Below are positions 61,515 to 64,000 of a stretch of DNA of 64,000 bases, piece after piece. The DNA lies in assembly GCA_964612845.1 (NCBI GenBank), contig CAZTEO010000002.1, forward strand, positions 1,690 to 65,689, written 5' to 3'. The notes under the pieces are model-generated. The model had not been told where the DNA came from, ran no database searches, and worked only from the letters and a program-made list of their open reading frames with translations. Numbering within the stretch: the stretch's first letter is position 1; each line of letters begins with the position of its first letter. This DNA comes from an uncultured Anaerolineales bacterium. GTDB lineage: Bacteria > Chloroflexota > Anaerolineae > B4-G1 > SLSP01. The translations under genes were made by a program, and so were the position numbers.

Positions 61515-62258
61515 TCAGCGCAGCCAAAATGCCGCGATCACGATGAGGACGCAGCCCAACAGCCCCATCGCTGCATGGGTCCATTCTTGGCTGCGACGTT
61601 CAACGATCTCCATGCGCGGCGTGAGGCCATAGAGTGGTTTGTACTGAGGCAGGAGCAGCAAACCCATGGCTAGGCCTGCCAAGGTGCCGCCCAGATGTCC
61701 CCAGAGGCTGACTTGCGGCAGAAGGCCCAGTCCTAGATTGATGGCGGCGGTGGTCACCAGATTGCTGAGTCGAGCCCGGGCGCCGAGCATCATCTCTTGG
61801 TAGCGCCAGAAATAAGCCACCAGCGCCCCCAGCAGCCCGAGAATCGCGCCGGACGCGCCGACTGTTAGCGAATTCATGGCGCCGAACAGCACGACCACCG
61901 CACTGCCTCCGATCAGGGCCAGTCCGTAGATCAGCGCGAATCGCCGAGTACCAAAGAGGCGTTCGACTTGCCGTCCGAAGATGTAGAGCGCATACATATT
62001 GAAGCCGATGTGCATAATGTTGCCGTGAATGAAGCCTGCGGTCAGCAGTCGCCAGGCCTGACCGCGTTCTATCACAAATCCCGGCACTAGCCCACCAAGA
62101 TAGTAGATGATAGGGTTGAAGATTAGCGTAGCTACAAAGGCCAGGACGTTCGCGGCGATAAGGATGTAGGTTAACTGCACCGGATACGTGGGGATCTTCA
62201 GGCGGACGCCAGAAGAAGGCGGTGCATCGGGTTGAGGCTGAGGGGAATAAGGGCTCAT
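61515..62258 (-). CDS. rhomboid family intramembrane serine protease
   Basis: [16 protein letters not shown] (HxxxN) and [12 protein letters not shown] (GxSG). Six or more TM helices. Confidence 0.85.
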   Translation of the reverse strand: MSPYSPQPQPDAPPSSGVRLKIPTYPVQLTYILIAANVLAFVATLIFNPIIYYLGGLVPGFVIERGQAWRLLTAGFIHGNIMHIGFNMYALYIFGRQVERLFGTRRFALIYGLALIGGSAVVVLFGAMNSLTVGASGAILGLLGALVAYFWRYQEMMLGARARLSNLVTTAAINLGLGLLPQVSLWGHLGGTLAGLAMGLLLLPQYKPLYGLTPRMEIVERRSQEWTHAAMGLLGCVLIVIAAFWLR

Positions 62259-62267
62259 CGCGGCTGC

Positions 62268-62897
62268 CTAAAGCGTTACCTGGCGAGGGTGGACACGGCA
62301 GTGTTCGCTGTGGATAATGGCCATTACCCGGTCCACGGTCGCTTCCAGTTGCTGGTGCCGGTTCAACACCAGGTAGTCGAATTTATCCAGGTAGGCGATC
62401 TCCTTCTCGGTTGTTTCGAGACGGGCCTGGATCTCGGCCTCGGACTCGGTGCCGCGTTTGCGTAGGCGTTGGCGCAGCTCGGCCTCGGCTCCGGCGCTCA
62501 AGAAGATGAGGATCGCGTCATCTACCAGACCTTTGACCGTCATCGCGCCCTGGACATCCAACCGCATGACGACGTCCTTGCCGCTGTTCAACGCCTCGCG
62601 GATCTGCTTCTTGTGCACGCCTTTGTGTTGACCGTAGACGATAGCGTGTTCCAGTAGCTCATCGTTGGCAATCATCTCCTCGAACCGTGCCTCGGAGACG
62701 AAGTAGTAATCAACGCCATGAACTTCCTCCGGGCGTCGTGAGCGGGAGGTGGTGGTTACGACGAAATGAAAGGGGTGCTGGCGTTCTTCCAGGCCATGGA
62801 CGACACTATCCTTGCCAACACCGGACGGCCCAGAAATCACAATGAGCAACGGATAATCGCGCGGTTCATAGGGATCGCGAGTCAGTTTATTATCCAT
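62268..62897 (-). CDS. gmk: guanylate kinase
   Basis: P-loop ISGPSGVGKDS, then TTTSRSRRPEEVHGVDYYFVS. Confidence 0.9.
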   Translation of the reverse strand: MDNKLTRDPYEPRDYPLLIVISGPSGVGKDSVVHGLEERQHPFHFVVTTTSRSRRPEEVHGVDYYFVSEARFEEMIANDELLEHAIVYGQHKGVHKKQIREALNSGKDVVMRLDVQGAMTVKGLVDDAILIFLSAGAEAELRQRLRKRGTESEAEIQARLETTEKEIAYLDKFDYLVLNRHQQLEATVDRVMAIIHSEHCRVHPRQVTL

Positions 62898-63021
62898 GTG
62901 GTTGCACCTCGGTCTGCTTTGTGTATAATTTCTGCTGAAGATGCGTTCGCTTATCGTCTCTCAGAGCGCATTTTCTTTCAAACGGTCATTACTATACCAT
63001 AGTTATACGGGAGGGGAAAAG

Positions 63022-63453
63022 ATGCCTATTTATGAGTATCGCTGCCTGGATTGTCGGCGTCGCTTCTCCGTGTTCTGGCGTACATACTCTGACGCCAGAG
63101 AGCACCCAGAGACGGCTTGCTCACATTGCGGCTCAACGCAGGTGAAACGGCTGGTCTCACGTGTGCGGGCGGTGCGTTCGGAGGAGAGCCGTATGGAAGA
63201 TTTAGCCGATCCCAGCGCCTGGGGCGACCTCGACGAGGATGATCCCAAGAGCATGGGGCGCTTCATGCGTAAGATGATGAACGAGATGGGGGATGAGGCT
63301 GGTGAACTGGGGCCAGAATTTGAGGAGGTTGTCGACCGTCTCGAGTCCGGTCAGGATCCAGAAGCCATCGAGCGAGACATGCCGGATTTGATGGACGATA
63401 TGGGCGGCGGCATGCCCGGCGGCGGGGGAATGGGTCCTGATTTGGATGTTTAG
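63022..63453 (+). CDS. FmdB-family zinc-ribbon protein with an acidic/Gly-Met-rich tail
   Basis: Start at ATG 63022 (GGGAGGGG upstream). MPIYEYRCLDCRRRF...CSHCGSTQVKRLVS is the CxxC_CxxC_SSSS signature. Confidence 0.75.
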   Translation: MPIYEYRCLDCRRRFSVFWRTYSDAREHPETACSHCGSTQVKRLVSRVRAVRSEESRMEDLADPSAWGDLDEDDPKSMGRFMRKMMNEMGDEAGELGPEFEEVVDRLESGQDPEAIERDMPDLMDDMGGGMPGGGGMGPDLDV

Positions 63454-63471
63454 GACGCTGAAAGTCGCAGG

Positions 63472-63503
63472 CAACCCCGAAGATTTCACGATCTTCGGGG
63501 TTG
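63472..63503 (+). terminator. 13-bp hairpin after the FmdB-like gene
   Basis: CAACCCCGAAGAT (63472-63484), loop TTCACG, ATCTTCGGGGTTG (63491-63503). No clear T-run. Confidence 0.55.
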
Positions 63504-63635
63504 TTAGAATGTAGCGATGTAAGCCCTGCAACCTTTTTGAGGGTATGACGTAGTGCATGACAGTGTGTGGCGGTTGGCTCCCATACGCTCAGTCTGATCG
63601 CCGACAGCGATTGCAACATCAGTGGGGTAACAAAG

Positions 63636-64000
63636 ATGATTCAACGCGCAAACGCTCAGGGAAACATTCTCATTGTGGACGACAAGCCCGCTAACTTGCG
63701 GTTGCTCTCCAGTATGCTCACCGAGGAAGGATATAAGGTCCGCTCGGTGATTAATGGTGATATGGCGCTGACGGCTGCACACGCGGCTCCCCCCGATTTG
63801 ATTCTATTGGACATCAGCATGCCCGGTATGAACGGCTACGAGGTCTGTGAGGCCTTGAAGGGCGAAGCGTCGCTGCGAGATATTCCCGTCATCTTTATCA
63901 GCGCGCTGGACGCAACACAGGGCAAAGTCAAGGCCTTTACGGCTGGCGGCGTCGATTATATCACCAAGCCCTTCCAGATTGAGGAAGTGTTGGCGCGCGT
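63636..64000 (+). CDS. response regulator receiver domain (3' end beyond the window)
   Basis: Manual translation: MIQRANAQGNILIVDDKPANLRLL...DLILLDISMPGMNGYEV...PVIFISA...GGVDYITKPF. Absent from the ORF track because there is no stop in the window. Confidence 0.8.
   Translation, partial: MIQRANAQGNILIVDDKPANLRLLSSMLTEEGYKVRSVINGDMALTAAHAAPPDLILLDISMPGMNGYEVCEALKGEASLRDIPVIFISALDATQGKVKAFTAGGVDYITKPFQIEEVLAR

Noticed and set aside
63202-63782. Three overlapping minus-strand ORFs of 92-118 aa near the window end
   Set aside because: They are antisense to the FmdB-like gene, its terminator and the response-regulator gene. They have no motifs or RBS.

Overview
64-kb, moderately GC-rich, gene-dense chromosomal window with about 60 protein genes and 3 tRNA genes. 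I found no rRNA, CRISPR array, IS element or prophage. Gene content suggests a Chloroflexota-type bacterium, but this is inference only. The pointers are a Chlor_Arch_YYY membrane protein next to its usual partner, PT-rich linkers, many membrane-anchored secreted proteins, an MGDG-synthase-like GT and a PilN/PilO-like pair. Genes recognised from motifs include: PFOR (5' fragment, runs off the window), moeA, two S1-domain proteins, comEA, long-form rmlA, rplS, tRNA-Gly/Cys/Leu, a hybrid histidine kinase, a B12/radical-SAM protein, DegV, a cold-shock protein, ftsK, punA, a Xer recombinase, a rhomboid protease and gmk. Main findings: (1) A seven-gene, translationally coupled minus-strand operon at 29617-37935 is the best candidate for an undescribed system. 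It combines a GlmL-family actin-fold ATPase, a 1068-aa double-zinc-ribbon protein with 17 P-[DNES]-W-[LV] motifs, four dedicated membrane proteins and a soluble barrel/KOW-like protein, with no assignable pathway. (2) A roughly 90-nt repeat occurs three times (27085-27173, 37986-38082, 56602-56695). It has a conserved central hairpin, complementary termini in two copies, and supplies the TAA stop codon of two unrelated genes. (3) Smaller oddities: a PilN-like protein fused to two PPC domains, a BY-kinase homologue with degenerate Walker A/B, a frameshifted SET-domain remnant, an acidic protein with an LPXTG-like C-terminal signal, and an adjacent VTE5/VTE6-like kinase pair. All family calls come from reading motifs in the supplied translations. 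No database search or folding program was available. Non-CDS coordinates may be off by 1-2 nt.
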